Shown here: positions 1 through 11,660 of the stretch, piece after piece
How positions within the stretch are numbered: the first letter of the stretch is position 1
How the letters are laid out: each line of letters begins with the position of its first letter
Assembly (NCBI RefSeq): GCF_018350175.1
Contig: NC_058368.1
Span: 120,592,001-120,656,000 of the forward strand
Direction: 5' to 3'
DNA length: 64,000 nucleotides
DNA from: Felis catus
Lineage: Eukaryota
Position numbers and translations under genes: made by a program
Notes under the pieces: generated by a model
Seen by the model: the letters and a program-made list of their open reading frames with translations, nothing else
What the model was told of the DNA's origin: nothing
Databases searched by the model: none

Positions 1-120
1 GCTGGATCATCTCAAGACTTATAGCCATGTAAGGGACTTCAGACTTTTTCCTAAAGATGCGATGGGTGGGGGAAAGTGCAGCAATGAAGTAAATAGTATC
101 AAACATTTTAGGTAACTCCC
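1..120 (-). mobile_element. L2 LINE relic (window edge)
   Basis: gatcat...agccatgtaagggacttcagactttttcctaaag resembles antisense L2 3' region. Confidence 0.35.
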
Positions 121-1160
121 TGTATATAGTATATCATAGCTCTTTCTTGCTTTCCAGCTCTTATGAGATATTCTAATTACACATAATAGGTTTAATGGAA
201 TAGGAAAAAAAGTGGAGAACTACAAATTCCTTGTGGCTATCTATCAATCAATCAATCATGTACCTACCTACCTATCATCTGCAAGTTGCCTCTTTGTTTT
301 AGGCATTGTTTCGTTTATTGTGCTTTCCAAAGAAATACCTCCAGTCTCTGTGTGGTTTTTGGTGTCTATTTCACTGCCAATCACACTATCCTCTGCTCCA
401 CTTTCCATGGTTCTTTCTCTACAATATCACCACTTGCAACAAAATTGGTGCTCACTGGACAAGTCCATTTTCATTCCAAAGAAGAAAGTGCATACCTGTT
501 TGGAAATTTATATCTTTATATTAGCAAATTTGAGTTCTATACTGGCAAATATGGCTTTCAAAATTTGAAAAAGTGCTACATTTCAATCAAATATCTGATG
601 CAAGTTTACATGTGCCTCACACACAAACATACACGCAGTATATGCCTCATTGTTATACATCGGCCATGTCTAAAATCTCTACAGAGAGTTTTGTCAAAAA
701 TGTAATCAGCCCAAAGCACACCATCCTGCCTATGACAGGAATTGAGCATGTGTCAGCATGAGCCGTGAGACAATATACAATCACAGTTCAGAAATGAGCA
801 TTTATGTTATTGAATACTGCAAATGCACAGGCCCCAGATTTCTTTTTTCAATCATGAAAAATCCTACAAAAGTATGCATGTTCAAATAATAGCAGTAGCA
901 ATATGTTTAAGTTCCAGTTATTTGCATAATTTGCCCTAAGAAAAAATGAGCCCTATGAACTGAAAGCCTCTCCTTATATTTTCTCAAATAGAAACATACT
1001 TATGAATGCCTGTATTCCCTATATTCCCACTCTGAGAAAAAAGAAGACTAATTTTTGACTTGTTTATGTAAGCCGAGAGAACGTGTCTTCTCCATACTTT
1101 GCCACCAACCCCACAAACACAGAAAGAACAGTTGATAAAACAAATGCAAATAGGGGTATC

Positions 1161-1360
1161 TTTTTAAAACTTTTTTTAAGTTGATGTATTTCCAGACAGA
1201 GCACTCACAAGTTGGAGAGGGGCAGAGAGCAATTGAGAGGGAGACAGGGAATCCCAAGCTGGCTCCGCCCCATCAGTGCAGACCCCCCATGCAGGGCTCT
1301 AAATCTCAAACAGTGAGGTCAAGAGTCAGATGCTTAACTGACTACACCACCCAGGAGCCC
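1161..1360 (-). mobile_element. CanSINE (older, internally deleted)
   Basis: Antisense tRNA-like head (...tgcttaactgactacaccacccaggagccc), T-rich tail; TSD-like aaataggggtat (1148) / aaatagggatat (1361). Confidence 0.9.
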
Positions 1361-2294
1361 AAATAGGGATATGTTTCTTGCAGCTTTTGTGAGTATCAAC
1401 GTCAACACAGAAAATCCAAGTTCTATGATTTGATGATTCTAAATAACTTGGGAGAATGTCCTGAAATTATTCTCCTTAGCTTGAAGACTTCTCTCAAAGA
1501 CTCAGCTTCTGAGTCCAAAATGTATCCCTGAGTCTTTTTAGCAGCTTGCAATGCCCTTGCCATCATAGTCACGAACCAAAAGAAAAGGTGAAGGAATTTG
1601 ATCTTTAGTTAACCAAACTGTTAAATTTACTAAAATTGACTTTGTGGATATTTTCAGAGAATCTTTTTTAAGGTTTTTCTTTCAGTCTGGGGTTTTGTTT
1701 TGTTTTTAAATGTAAGGTGACTGAGTCAGACAAATATGGAGGCTCAGAGCAGTACTCTGCTTAAACACAGCTCTTGGAGCCTTTACATTATCGAAAAACA
1801 GATGCAGTGACCATGGAAGAGGGTGAGCATGTGGGGCAGTTTCCACATACATAATAAAGGGGACAGACAGGATCTAACACATGCTGACAGGATGCTGGCA
1901 GGATGATAATGAAAAAGTGTGTTCATCTCTAGTGGACCCTAGACTTATAGTCATACCTATGAATTCCTATCTAAGGAGTAAGCTTAGCATTCTATTGCCA
2001 GCCATGACTGAAAGATAAACTCTGCTGCAATCCAGCCCAGAGAGTTGGTCTTGTTTGTGGACAGCAAGAGTAAGCCTTGAAATTGTTTTTCAACACCCCT
2101 CTTAGATGATGGTTCTTGCTCAGAAATACAGGCCAGCCTGGGGAAGCCCAGTCCATATTAGAACCTAAAAGTTCCATCTTATTCCAGATTTGGTATTGGA
2201 ACCTGCATGACTCCCAGAGTGGCCTGCTTAGTGCAACATTATTAAAGTTTGTCATCTGGGTGGTAAAACTATATTCTAGTTAAAGCATATTGTT

Positions 2295-2490
2295 GGGGTG
2301 CTCAGGTGAGTGTTCAACTTCAACTCAGGTCATGATCTCACAGTTCATGGGTTCGAGTCCTGCGTCAGGATCTGTACTGACAGCTCAGAGCCTGGAGCCT
2401 GCTTCAGATTCTGTGTCTTCCTCTCTCTCTGCCCCTCTCCCACTTGCGCACGCTCTCTCTCTCACAAAAATAAACATTAAAAAATTTTTT
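2295..2490 (+). mobile_element. CanSINE (SINEC_Fc2-like), A-box region partly deleted
   Basis: tcaggtcatgatctc..gggttcgagtcc..gacagctcagagcctggagcctgcttcagattctgtgtc, CT tract, aataaa tail. Confidence 0.93.
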
Positions 2491-3383
2491 AAACACATTG
2501 TATAATGAACCATCAAGACCCACAGATAACCCTGAAATCAAACCAACTCTATCCAGTGTTTAGCATATAATAGAGATTGGGTAAAACTTAATAATTAAAC
2601 TTCCAAGATCTTTTAGGAAGTCAATGCAAAACCATATTTCCTAAACTATCAAGTACCAGCCTTAACCACCTAGGTCTACCATAAGATATGACATCTTTTC
2701 AGAACTGACTTGTTACCAGTACTGCAGAGAAGCTAGCCCTAGTACTTTTATCTCAGGATAGATAAAAGACTAAAATTACCAAGGACATATAGTCAGGACA
2801 CTCTTCATGTTATTTTGAACAAAGCTGGCCCATTGCCCTTTTCTGAACCAACCAGTATAATCTCTTGGGTAGGGACCTACATGCCACTCCACAGAGCACT
2901 AACTGACACTGCATGAACCTATGGCCACTGACCTATCAATGAATCCTAACTCCTGACTCTCAAAGCTGCATGAGATCCACTGTCCTCCTGGGTCCCCTCC
3001 TTGGGATGTCTACTCTAGCCATTCAGCTTCCTTTGATCCCTCCAGTAAAAGGAAGCCCTCCTTCTTCAGAGACTGCTCACTCCATTTTAGACTGGGAGAA
3101 TATCTTCTTCATTCTGAGACATCATTGGCCACCCTTTGGGCTACCTGGCTCAAGTTTAAACCCTCATTTGCATGACAATCTCTCAAATACTTGAAGACAG
3201 CAGTCAGGACTCCTTTGAATCTTTCTTTTACAGGATAAATTCTTGTTATTACTTTTTTTGAAATCAAGGGGAAAAAAGACTTAGTTTACAGATTAGGAGA
3301 AAAGTAAATAGCCAGAAATTCAAGTTCATGACCAGAACAGAGAGAAAGAGAGGAAAAGGAAACCAGAAAAGAAAGTACATGTC

Positions 3384-3660
3384 GGGCACCTGGGTGGCTT
3401 AGTCCGTGGAGCATGCAACTCTTGATTTCGGGATTGTAAATTCAAGCCCCACATTGGGTGTGGAGATTACTTAAAAATTAAAATGATTAGGAATGTCTGG
3501 GTGGCTCAGTCAGTTAAGTATCCTACTTGGGCTCAGATCATGATGTCACAGTCTGTGAGTTCGAGCCGTGCATCAGGCTCTGTGCTGACAGCTCAGCGCC
3601 TGGAGCCTGCTTCAGATTCTGTGTCTCCCTCTCTCTCTGCCCCTCCCCCACTTGTGCTCA

Positions 3661-3704
<44 letters not shown>

Positions 3705-3744
3705 AATAAACATAAAAAATTGTAATAAAATCTTTTTAAAAAGG
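3384..3744 (+). mobile_element. Short CanSINE (tRNA-like head plus A tail) interrupted by a second SINE
   Basis: gggcacctgggtggcttagtcc...aagccccacattgggtgtggagattacttaaaa; perfect 14-bp TSD aaagaaagtacatg at 3368-3381 and 3745-3758. Confidence 0.85.
3490..3723 (+). mobile_element. CanSINE (SINEC_Fc2-like) nested in the tail of the short SINE
   Basis: ctgggtggctcagtcagttaag...gagttcgagcc...cctggagcctgcttcagattctgtgtctccc, long (CT)n, aataaa. Confidence 0.95.
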
Positions 3745-3915
3745 AAAGAAAGTACATGGTTTTAATTTCTCTATTAATCTTCTTATACAGTCTCAAGAGA
3801 TTTATAGATGCTTCAAATGCAAGGTCATGTCTCATGATATTGCCTGACCAGATCAAATAACCAGACATTCCCTGGGTCAGGGCCATCAGGAAGGCCCAAC
3901 TCAGAGTATACAGTT

Positions 3916-3930
3916 GGGTGGGTGGGCGGG
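3916..3930 (+). other. Canonical G-quadruplex motif
   Basis: GGG-T-GGG-T-GGG-C-GGG, four G3 tracts with 1-nt loops. Confidence 0.7.
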
Positions 3931-4493
3931 TGGAATATGGTCATAGAGAAGGAAGAGGGAGAGGAAATCTACTACCCTGTGATAGTCCTGGCCTCTGGAC
4001 CAAGGTTTTGAAAGAAGATTTATGTTCTTAGGGAGAGACTAAAAGAAAATCAAGGCAGAATGCCAACCCTAGGGGAACTAAGCTACTGGACAAGAATTTC
4101 AGGACTAAGTCTTAAGGAAGAAGCCAGAAGTCAACTACTAGAGACTAAAGCACAATATGGGCACAGAGTCCAGGGAGCAGGGTAAATGCCCAGTGCTGAG
4201 CAGGGCTAGCCTTGAGAGCATGTGAGTACAAGTCCCAGAAGGATAGGGTAGAAATGGGCAAATGTCTCTTTCCTTAGGTAAGAAACTGGGGAAAGACATA
4301 GCATGAAGGTAACAGGAGTCTCTGGCAATGAGAAGAGAAGACATGCAAAGTTTGGACAATGGGCTGATGAGTGGGGAAAAAGAGAAAAAATCATGTGTCT
4401 TTTCTTCTATTTTCCTGTTTATGATCTTAGGAGCAAATTAGTATGATATCATGTTTCTAGCTGGGAGCAGACTTACATAGGCATGTTCTAATT

Positions 4494-4666
4494 CAGTACT
4501 TCCTAAAGCAGGCGATGCATCAGTATCACCTAGGGAGCTTGTTAAAAATAAAGATGTGTAGACACCAAACCAGACCTATGATGCAGAATCCTGAGGGGCC
4601 CAGGAATATGTATTTTTAACAAGATCTCTTGGTGATGCTTACACACAGCCAGGGTTAGAGCCATTC
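4494..4666. mobile_element. MER5A-like hAT-Charlie MITE
   Basis: catcagtatcacctagggagcttgttaaaaat...gggcccaggaatatgtatttttaacaag...ggtgatgctt matches the recalled MER5A layout. Confidence 0.75.
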
Positions 4667-5639
4667 TCTAACATACCAGAAAAGGTTACATAAAAAGTTG
4701 TAAAGAATAGAAAAGTTCCCCAAATTGAAAACATCACCTTGATGTGACCTATATATCTGCCATACCATAAGGTCTGATGTAGTTAAAAATCTACCCATTC
4801 CTCTCTCTACTTCTCTAACTCACTCACTTGTCCTTTAAAGTGAATTTCCCACTTAATCTTTTCTGCACTGATCTGTTAAATATTTGAACTCGATTGTTCA
4901 AGTGATTATTTGAAATTTGCATCTGATATTTCAGATCCCCACCTGAATAAATACAGTACTGTTAATCAAACAATTCATGTGAAAAGGTAAAAACGTGCTC
5001 TGTATTAATTTCAGCAACTATTTCAGGCACTTACCAACAAATTAATACCCAGTATAAGCTAATCATCTAATCCAAAGTCCCTAAAAGTTCACAATCAAAT
5101 AAATCGAAACCCCAGCAATGATAGATTCTTGTAATTATCTTTATTAAGTTAATGTCTGTGTATAATTACCCACAATATAAGATTATGTGAAAACAGTGGG
5201 CCCTGGGACTGATTCCCAAAACAGCAAGTACTTTATCTTATAAACTTATAACAACAATTTGCACTTTACAGACCTTTTCATCCATTGGTCTCACTGCACA
5301 GATGAATTAATTTGATTGTAACATAAATTATAGGAACAAAAGCATCCTCCTCAAGACCAAAATATTCATTCAAACCATTATCATGATGAGAATCTATTTT
5401 CTGTACAGTCTCCTGGAAAATGTGTCTTTCAGTTATAAGCCTATTTCCCCACTGCATTAAAGGAGTCGGGGAAAACAATTCTCTGGAGAAAAATTTATTT
5501 CATAATTTAAATCTATCTCTGATTGGAGCTAAGACTATAGGCTAAGCCTCTTGACTTCAAGACCAAGGCTTTATCTACAATATCACCCAGCAAATAATGA
5601 TGTAAGGGATATTTCAGAGAACATAGAAACTGCACTACT

Positions 5640-5856
5640 GGGGCTCCTGGGTGGCGCAGTCGGTTAAGCGTCCGACTTCAGCCAGGTCACGATCTCGCGG
5701 TCCGTGAGTTCGAGCCCCGCGTCGGTCTCTGGGCTGATGGCTCGAGCCTGGAGCCTGTTTCCGATTCTGTGTCTCCCTCTCTCTCTGCCCCTCCCCCGTT
5801 CATGCTCTGTCTCTCTCTGTCCCAAAAATAAATAAACATTGAAAAAAAAAAAAAAA
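5640..5856 (+). mobile_element. Young SINEC_Fc-type CanSINE
   Basis: CpG-intact gtggcgcagtcggttaagcgtccgacttcagccaggtcacgatctcgcgg; pure A tail; perfect 15-bp TSD agaaactgcactact (5625-5639 / 5857-5871). Confidence 0.97.
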
Positions 5857-6268
5857 AGAAACTGCACTACTGCATATATGCAAGACATAATTATCTCTAC
5901 CCACCTAGTCCTCACTTACTGGGCCTTCTATAGCCCATTGAGAGGTCTCTATTCAAAAACAGCCTCTTCACCCAAATCTTTCTCAAGTGTTAAGGATTAG
6001 GTCTTCTAGAGCAAGAATATTATGCCCATCAGCTAAAGATAAGGAAAGCCTCAACTGTTGTTCATGGAACCAGCTGGATTCCCAAGTATGCCCTCCTCCA
6101 TCCTGGCCACAGAGAGATTCTATACCCAGAATGTGATCTCAGAGGCAACCCATGAAAAATAAATCAGAAGCTAGAAGTGTTAGCAAAAAGACATACAGCC
6201 CCTACTTTGGCGGCATCCACCAACTTCTTTGTATGAGTCTCTTTTATGCTTTCTAAAAAACTATTTGA

Positions 6269-6486
6269 GGGGCACCTGTGTGGCTCACTGGATTCAGCAT
6301 CTGACTCTTGGTTTCAGCTCAGGTCACGATCTCCTGGCTGGTGAGATCAAGGCCCACAGTGGGTTGTGCGCCGACAGCATGGAGCTTGCTTAAGATTCTC
6401 TCTCTCCCTTTCTCTCTGCCCCTCCCCTGCTCTCTCTCTCTCTCAAGATAAATAACAAACACTTAAAAATAATAATAAAAATAAAA
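6269..6486 (+). mobile_element. CanSINE (older, SINEC_Fc3-like)
   Basis: ggggcacctgtgtggctcac...gactcttggtttcagctcaggtcacgatctc...ggagcttgcttaagattctctc; TSD actatttga on both sides. Confidence 0.92.
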
Positions 6487-6535
6487 ACACTATTTGAAAT
6501 GGAGAGTGTTTTAAAAGCTTTGTTAAGATGAGTAT

Positions 6536-7309
6536 TACTTTTCTAAAGAAGACATCCAGATGGCCACAAGGCACATGAAAAGATGCTCAATGTCACTCCT
6601 CATCAGGGAAATAAAATCACAACCACACTGAGATACCACCTCACACTGGTCAGAGTGGCTAAAATGAACAAATCAGGAGACTATAGATGCTGGCAAGGAT
6701 GTGGAGAAGTGGGAACCCTCTTGTACTGTTGGTGGGAATGCAAGCTGGTGCAGCTGCTCTGGAAAATAGTGTGGAGGTTCCTCAAAAAATTAAAAATAGA
6801 TCTACCCTATGACCCAGTAATAGCACTGCTAGGAATTTACCCAAGGGATACAGGAGTGCTGATGCATAGGGCACTTGGACCCCAATGTTTATAGCAGCAT
6901 TTTCAACAATAGCCAAATTATGGAAAGAACCTAAATGTCCATCAACTGATGAATGGATCAAGAATTTGTGGTTTATAAAGCATAAGAGACTCTTAAAAAC
7001 TGAGAACAAACTGAGGGTTGATGGGGGGTGGGAGGGAGGGGAGGGTGGGTGATGGGTATTGAGGAGGGCACCTTTTGGGATGAGCACTGGGTGTTGTATG
7101 GAAACCAATTTGACAATAAATTATATATATATATAATATTTATATATATAATATATAATAATAATATATAATATATAATATATATTTATATATAATATAT
7201 AATAATATATATAATATATATTTATATATAATATTTATATATATAATTATAATATATAATATATATAAAGTTACTAACTTAAATGTAAAATAAATAAATA
7301 AATAAATAA
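6536..7309 (+). mobile_element. 5'-truncated cat-type L1 (L1_Fc-like): ORF2 C-terminus and 3'UTR with an internal deletion
   Basis: ORF 6583-6894 contains [22 protein letters not shown]..[16 protein letters not shown]-rich 3'UTR ending ggaaaccaatttgacaataaa; TSD-like taagatgagt (6524) / taaaatgagt (7310). Confidence 0.93.
7121..7267. repeat. Pure A/T low-complexity array (TA/TAATA units)
   Basis: About 145 bp containing only A and T in the L1 tail. Confidence 0.92.
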
Positions 7310-7313
7310 TAAA

Positions 7314-8029
7314 ATGAGTCAGCCATTCTGTGTGATAAAAGTCTCAAAACTTTGTGGATTAATACAATAAACTTTTTTTTATCTCATTTTATCTGTGGGT
7401 CAGGAATTCAGTAATAGTTTCAGTGACTGACTCAGGCTCAGAATTTTTCATAAATTGGTACACACAAGACATCAATCAGATTTACTGTCATCTGAAAGCT
7501 TGAATGGAACTGGTGGCTTAATTTCCCAAATGGCACACTCACATGACTGTTAATAGGCCTCAGTTTCTTACTCCATAAGTCAGCTGAATATTTCTGTGAC
7601 ATGATGATTGGCATTCACAGAGAGAAAACAAGGAGGAAGCCATTAACACCTATATACCCTAATGTCAAGCATCACACAACTTCATTTTCTCCACATTCTA
7701 TTTGTTAGAAGCAGGTCACTAAGTCAACCAACACTTAAAAGGAGGAGAATTAGGATTCACCTTTTTTTTTTTTTTCAGGTGGAGAAAGAGACAGAGCCTG
7801 AGCAGGGGAGGGACAGAGAAAGGGAGACACAGATCTGAAGCAGGCTCCAGACTCTGAGCTGTCAGCACAGTGTCCAAAGTGGGGCTCGAACTTGTGAACC
7901 ATGAGATCATGACCTGAGCCAAAGTCGGCTGCTTAGCTGACTGAGCCAACCAGGTGCTCCTAGGGTTCACCTTTTGAAGGGAAGAGTATCAAACCATTTG
8001 TTGACTCATTTTAAATTAAAAACACCACA
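7314..8029 (-). mobile_element. MaLR solo LTR (MLT1F/G/H-like), interrupted by a SINE
   Basis: tctgtgggtcaggaattc, gtcatctgaaagcttga, ccacattctatttgttagaagc, ends aaaacaccaca as in antisense MLT1F-group LTRs. Confidence 0.75.
7762..7960 (-). mobile_element. CanSINE (SINEC_Fc2-like)
   Basis: gaagcaggctccagactctgagctgtcagcacag...gagatcatgacctgagcc...caggtgctcc; TSD taggattcacc (7751) / tagggttcacc (7961). Confidence 0.93.
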
Positions 8030-8728
8030 GGGTCTTTTTCAGGACTCTGCCATATTCTGTGTATCATGTGAGGGCAGCTCTTAGAGATGATCCATTCTTT
8101 AAACTGAAAACAATGCCAATCCCATGCATGCCATTATCCCTGGCCTACAATGGAGGAGATAGTCAAATAACAAGAGATAATGCAAGGCATTATAGTTATT
8201 TGCAAGGCTTTAAATAATGGTTTGAAATTGACACTGGCAATTTCAGGACAGTTTGTGAAAAGAAATAGAAGGCTTAAACAGTTCTCCCTCTCATGGACAG
8301 TTTGACCACCCACTAGACTTGTGTCTGGAAGAGCTTCAAAGGATACAATAGCATTGGACTTCCATCCTTCTAATCCCCCACACTTTATTTGAGCATGTTC
8401 AATTTTACAGCCTTCTCCTCTCTGCTAAGCTGAAATCAATGTATTGACATCTTGGTGGGAGAAGTGGAACAAGAGACAGCTAAGTTATTCCCTGGACAGA
8501 AAACTCGAGAGGAAGAGACTTCTTGTTTCCACAGGTCAGAACAGTTGAGGTCAAATTCTGCTAAAAATTCTCTCTTTAGGGTGATGGAGGAGACACATGA
8601 ACCCCCCTCCCCCAAAAAGAATACTTCTGCCTCTCCTCTGTCTTTATTGCATATGCTGCTTGGACCATCCAGGATGCTAAATGCAATGAACAATCAATCG
8701 ATGAATCAATCTCTCTCTCCCTCTCTAG

Positions 8729-8730
<2 letters not shown>

Positions 8731-8772
<42 letters not shown>
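8731..8772. repeat. (CA)21 microsatellite
   Basis: Perfect CA run. Confidence 0.97.
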
Positions 8773-8775
<3 letters not shown>

Positions 8776-8954
8776 ATATATTCACCATCCTAACTAATAT
8801 ATGAGGGCTCTTTAGAACCTGGAGTGAAACTTTCAGAACATTAATGCCTTGCTTTGAAGTGCAAAGAATCCAAGAGACATTCTCAGTTGTTAATAAGTAA
8901 CACCCTTGAGAAGCCTAGCATCCCGACAAGAGTGGAAGTATTTTTTAAGTATAA

Positions 8955-9200
8955 TAATAATAATGCCTACATGTTTCATAAATTGTACTACGTGCTTGAA
9001 ATATATTATCTCCTCTCTTCCTCACAATAATCCTGATGTAAATAACATTATTCATAATAATAGAGATGAATAATATTATTATTCTCCCCATTTGATAGAT
9101 GAGAAACTGAGACTCCGAGAAGTTTAGTGAGTCACTTGAGGTTAGCCAGCTAATAAGGGGTGAAGCAAAGCTTTAAACTCAGGAAATCCGAAGTCAGATC
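8955..9200 (-). mobile_element. MIR SINE
   Basis: Antisense core attctccccatttgatagatgagaaactgagactc. Confidence 0.8.
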
Positions 9201-9544
9201 TCTTGTTGGTACCTAGCACTGACTTAAGCACAAAATTAGCATCTGAAATAATTACTTAGTAGAGGAGGGTGTGGAGGAAGAAGAAAGAGTAGTAGAAGTC
9301 CTATTATTAACATTTTTTCTTTATCTCTTATAACATCATGACCACCAATAACAAGGCGTGATCACTCATTGTTTGGACATGTATTTTTGTCTCTCAACTA
9401 ATGGGCATTCTGATGCATATAGTCTGTCTTATGGCCTTTCTATTCCCTCCTGATGATGTGTGAGATGCTGGGTAAATAGCCTCTATACTGGAAAAACAAA
9501 TTACATGATTTTCAGAACTCTCAGTCGACCATACCACTTCTTTA

Positions 9545-9715
9545 TGTTGTTCAGAAACTAACTCTTCATTCCTCAGTTTCTTACATTTTAAAATTATAGA
9601 ATCCACCTCTTAAAGTCTTGTTAGAGTAAAACTAAATGAGATAATGTTTTTAATGATATTAGTACAACCCATCACATACTGGGTGCTCAATGTAATTTAT
9701 TCCTACTATCATTAA
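9545..9715 (+). mobile_element. MIR SINE
   Basis: cctcagtttcttacattttaaaat...taaatgagataatg...gtgctcaat. Confidence 0.65.
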
Positions 9716-10987
9716 AATACACATGTCTCCATTGGTTCAAAATGAACTATCTATAGGTCTATATGTACATTTATATTTCACTATATACACTACTAGTATT
9801 TCTGTTAAAACAGTAAAAATTACTATTGCTTAAGAATTTAATATCTTGCAGGCACTTTAGGAGATGACTTACATACATTATATATATTATTGATTTCAAC
9901 AATGAAGCTTAGAAAGGTCAACTTAATTTATCCATGATCACATATCTAAAATGTTCAAGAGTTAGAATATAACCTGAGGTGCATGTAATTTCAAAGTCAG
10001 TGTTATTTCTGACAAAACAAAGGATAATCTAAGCCAGATTCCCACTCCTCTTCTCCCCCACAAGACATGAAGATCAGATTTTGACCATGCATACATAGTC
10101 ATGATTGATACGAATTCTCCTGGTCTCTCAGTCCTATTTTCTATCCTGGGATACAACATTTCTTAGGACAAATTCCACCTTTTCAGTGATGCTCTCACTA
10201 GTAGCTCTCTGGCATCTGAAGGAAGACAGACTAGGAAGAGGCAGTAGCTATTTAGGGTCCTACTGGACATTGGAATTCCTCACCAATTGGAAATCAAACT
10301 TAGAACACAGTCATCTATCCCCACTGTTCTCCAGCTTATCAGATAGAAGCAGTCTTGTTCCTGAAAAAAGAATTCACTGGTCCAGCATATCTCATCAAAC
10401 ACTAGTCCATTCATGGCAGGGAGGGAGTCTACTCAGACCCAGGTTACCTATTCCCTTTCAGGGCATTCAACATCTCTGCTGTAGCAAAGTTCATCTACTG
10501 TGTGATCACAAAGAAAACAAATTTTATTTAGCAACACCAAATACCAGTTTCTTACAAGCTATTCTAACTCTAAGCATCATGCATAATCAACAGTAAACTT
10601 CTCCCTGCTTTTTAAAAATCAGATTAATGAAGCAAGAGTGCTTTTAAAATATAACCAACCTTGGGATTTGAGTAGGACTGGGGAGGGCTGGTAATAACAT
10701 TCACTACACTGCTTTCACAGTCTTTACATTTATGCCTAGGTTTCTTTTCTGTAAAGTGAGTAGCAAATAGACCATCCTGAGTGGTGATTATATTTATATT
10801 GATCATACTTAATGTGTTGATGGGAGTGGGAGTTTACAAGCAAGAGGATCTGAGTTATCGACATCTTTAATCCCATGGCCTTTTAAAATCTGCTCAGATA
10901 CTGAGTATCACTCTGCTTCATTCTCTTGCCTCTTCTTATTTTCATAATAAAATCGGAAAAAAATACAAATTAATAGCAATATTGATT

Positions 10988-11215
10988 ACAACAGCTAGCA
11001 ATTACTGAGTGTTTACTGAGACCCACTTAAAATCCCACTTAAATCTCACAACTATATGAGGTAGGTGTTATTATCCCCCCCCCATTTTACAGTTGAAAAA
11101 AATGAGATCTACAGTTTTTAAGACAACTTACCCAACAAGTTCTGACTGCTCATCAAAAGTAGAGGGAGAACTTAACGTCAGATATGTGTGCCATTAGTCT
11201 CTGTTCTTGACCCAC
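10988..11215 (-). mobile_element. MIR SINE
   Basis: tctcacaactatatgaggtaggtgttattatcccc..attttacagttgaaaa. Confidence 0.75.
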
Positions 11216-11402
11216 AGACCATAAAGCCTTCCTATAAAGGACAGGCTCAGAGTTAGTAAAACCATTGCCTCCTCAAACATGTCTGCTTTGGTCACAGTAC
11301 TTCCTAACAAGGAGCCCAACTCCCATTACCATTCTCTTTGTGGCCTAAACCAATCTAAGACTTCTCTTTGGCCCCCAAGATGGGAACACGCAGGGGAAGT
11401 AA

Positions 11403-11660
11403 GCATTCATTCATTCCATTTATTCCATACATACTTCCTGAGGACTTGGTCTATATACCCAAACACATGTCAAACACTGAAGAAATATCAACAACTGAAG
11501 AGACTTTCTTGCCTCAAGAAATTTAGAGTTGACTTTTTCAGTGTACAAGATGCACATAGAAACATATAGCTGGGCCCCCAGCTCAGAATGACCCAAGGGA
11601 AGTGTTGATGAAGCTAAGACCTGAGGATGAAGAGGATTTAGCAAGGCAAAGTGTATTTAT
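11403..11660 (-). mobile_element. L2 3' end
   Basis: cattcattcattcc...ttgcctcaagaaatttagagt, typical antisense L2 terminus. Confidence 0.6.

Noticed and set aside
1723..1729. AP-1 sites TGAGTCA/TGACTCA here and at several other positions
   Set aside because: A 7-mer occurring at about chance frequency, with several copies inside repeats
5640..5720. tRNA-like A/B box sequences
   Set aside because: Heads of tRNA-derived SINEs, not tRNA genes
8452..8793. 113-aa ORF ending in HTHTHT
   Set aside because: Runs through the (CA)n microsatellite and has no known motif
10105..10596. Longest ORF in the track (163 aa)
   Set aside because: Non-ATG start, no recognisable domain, composition typical of a random frame
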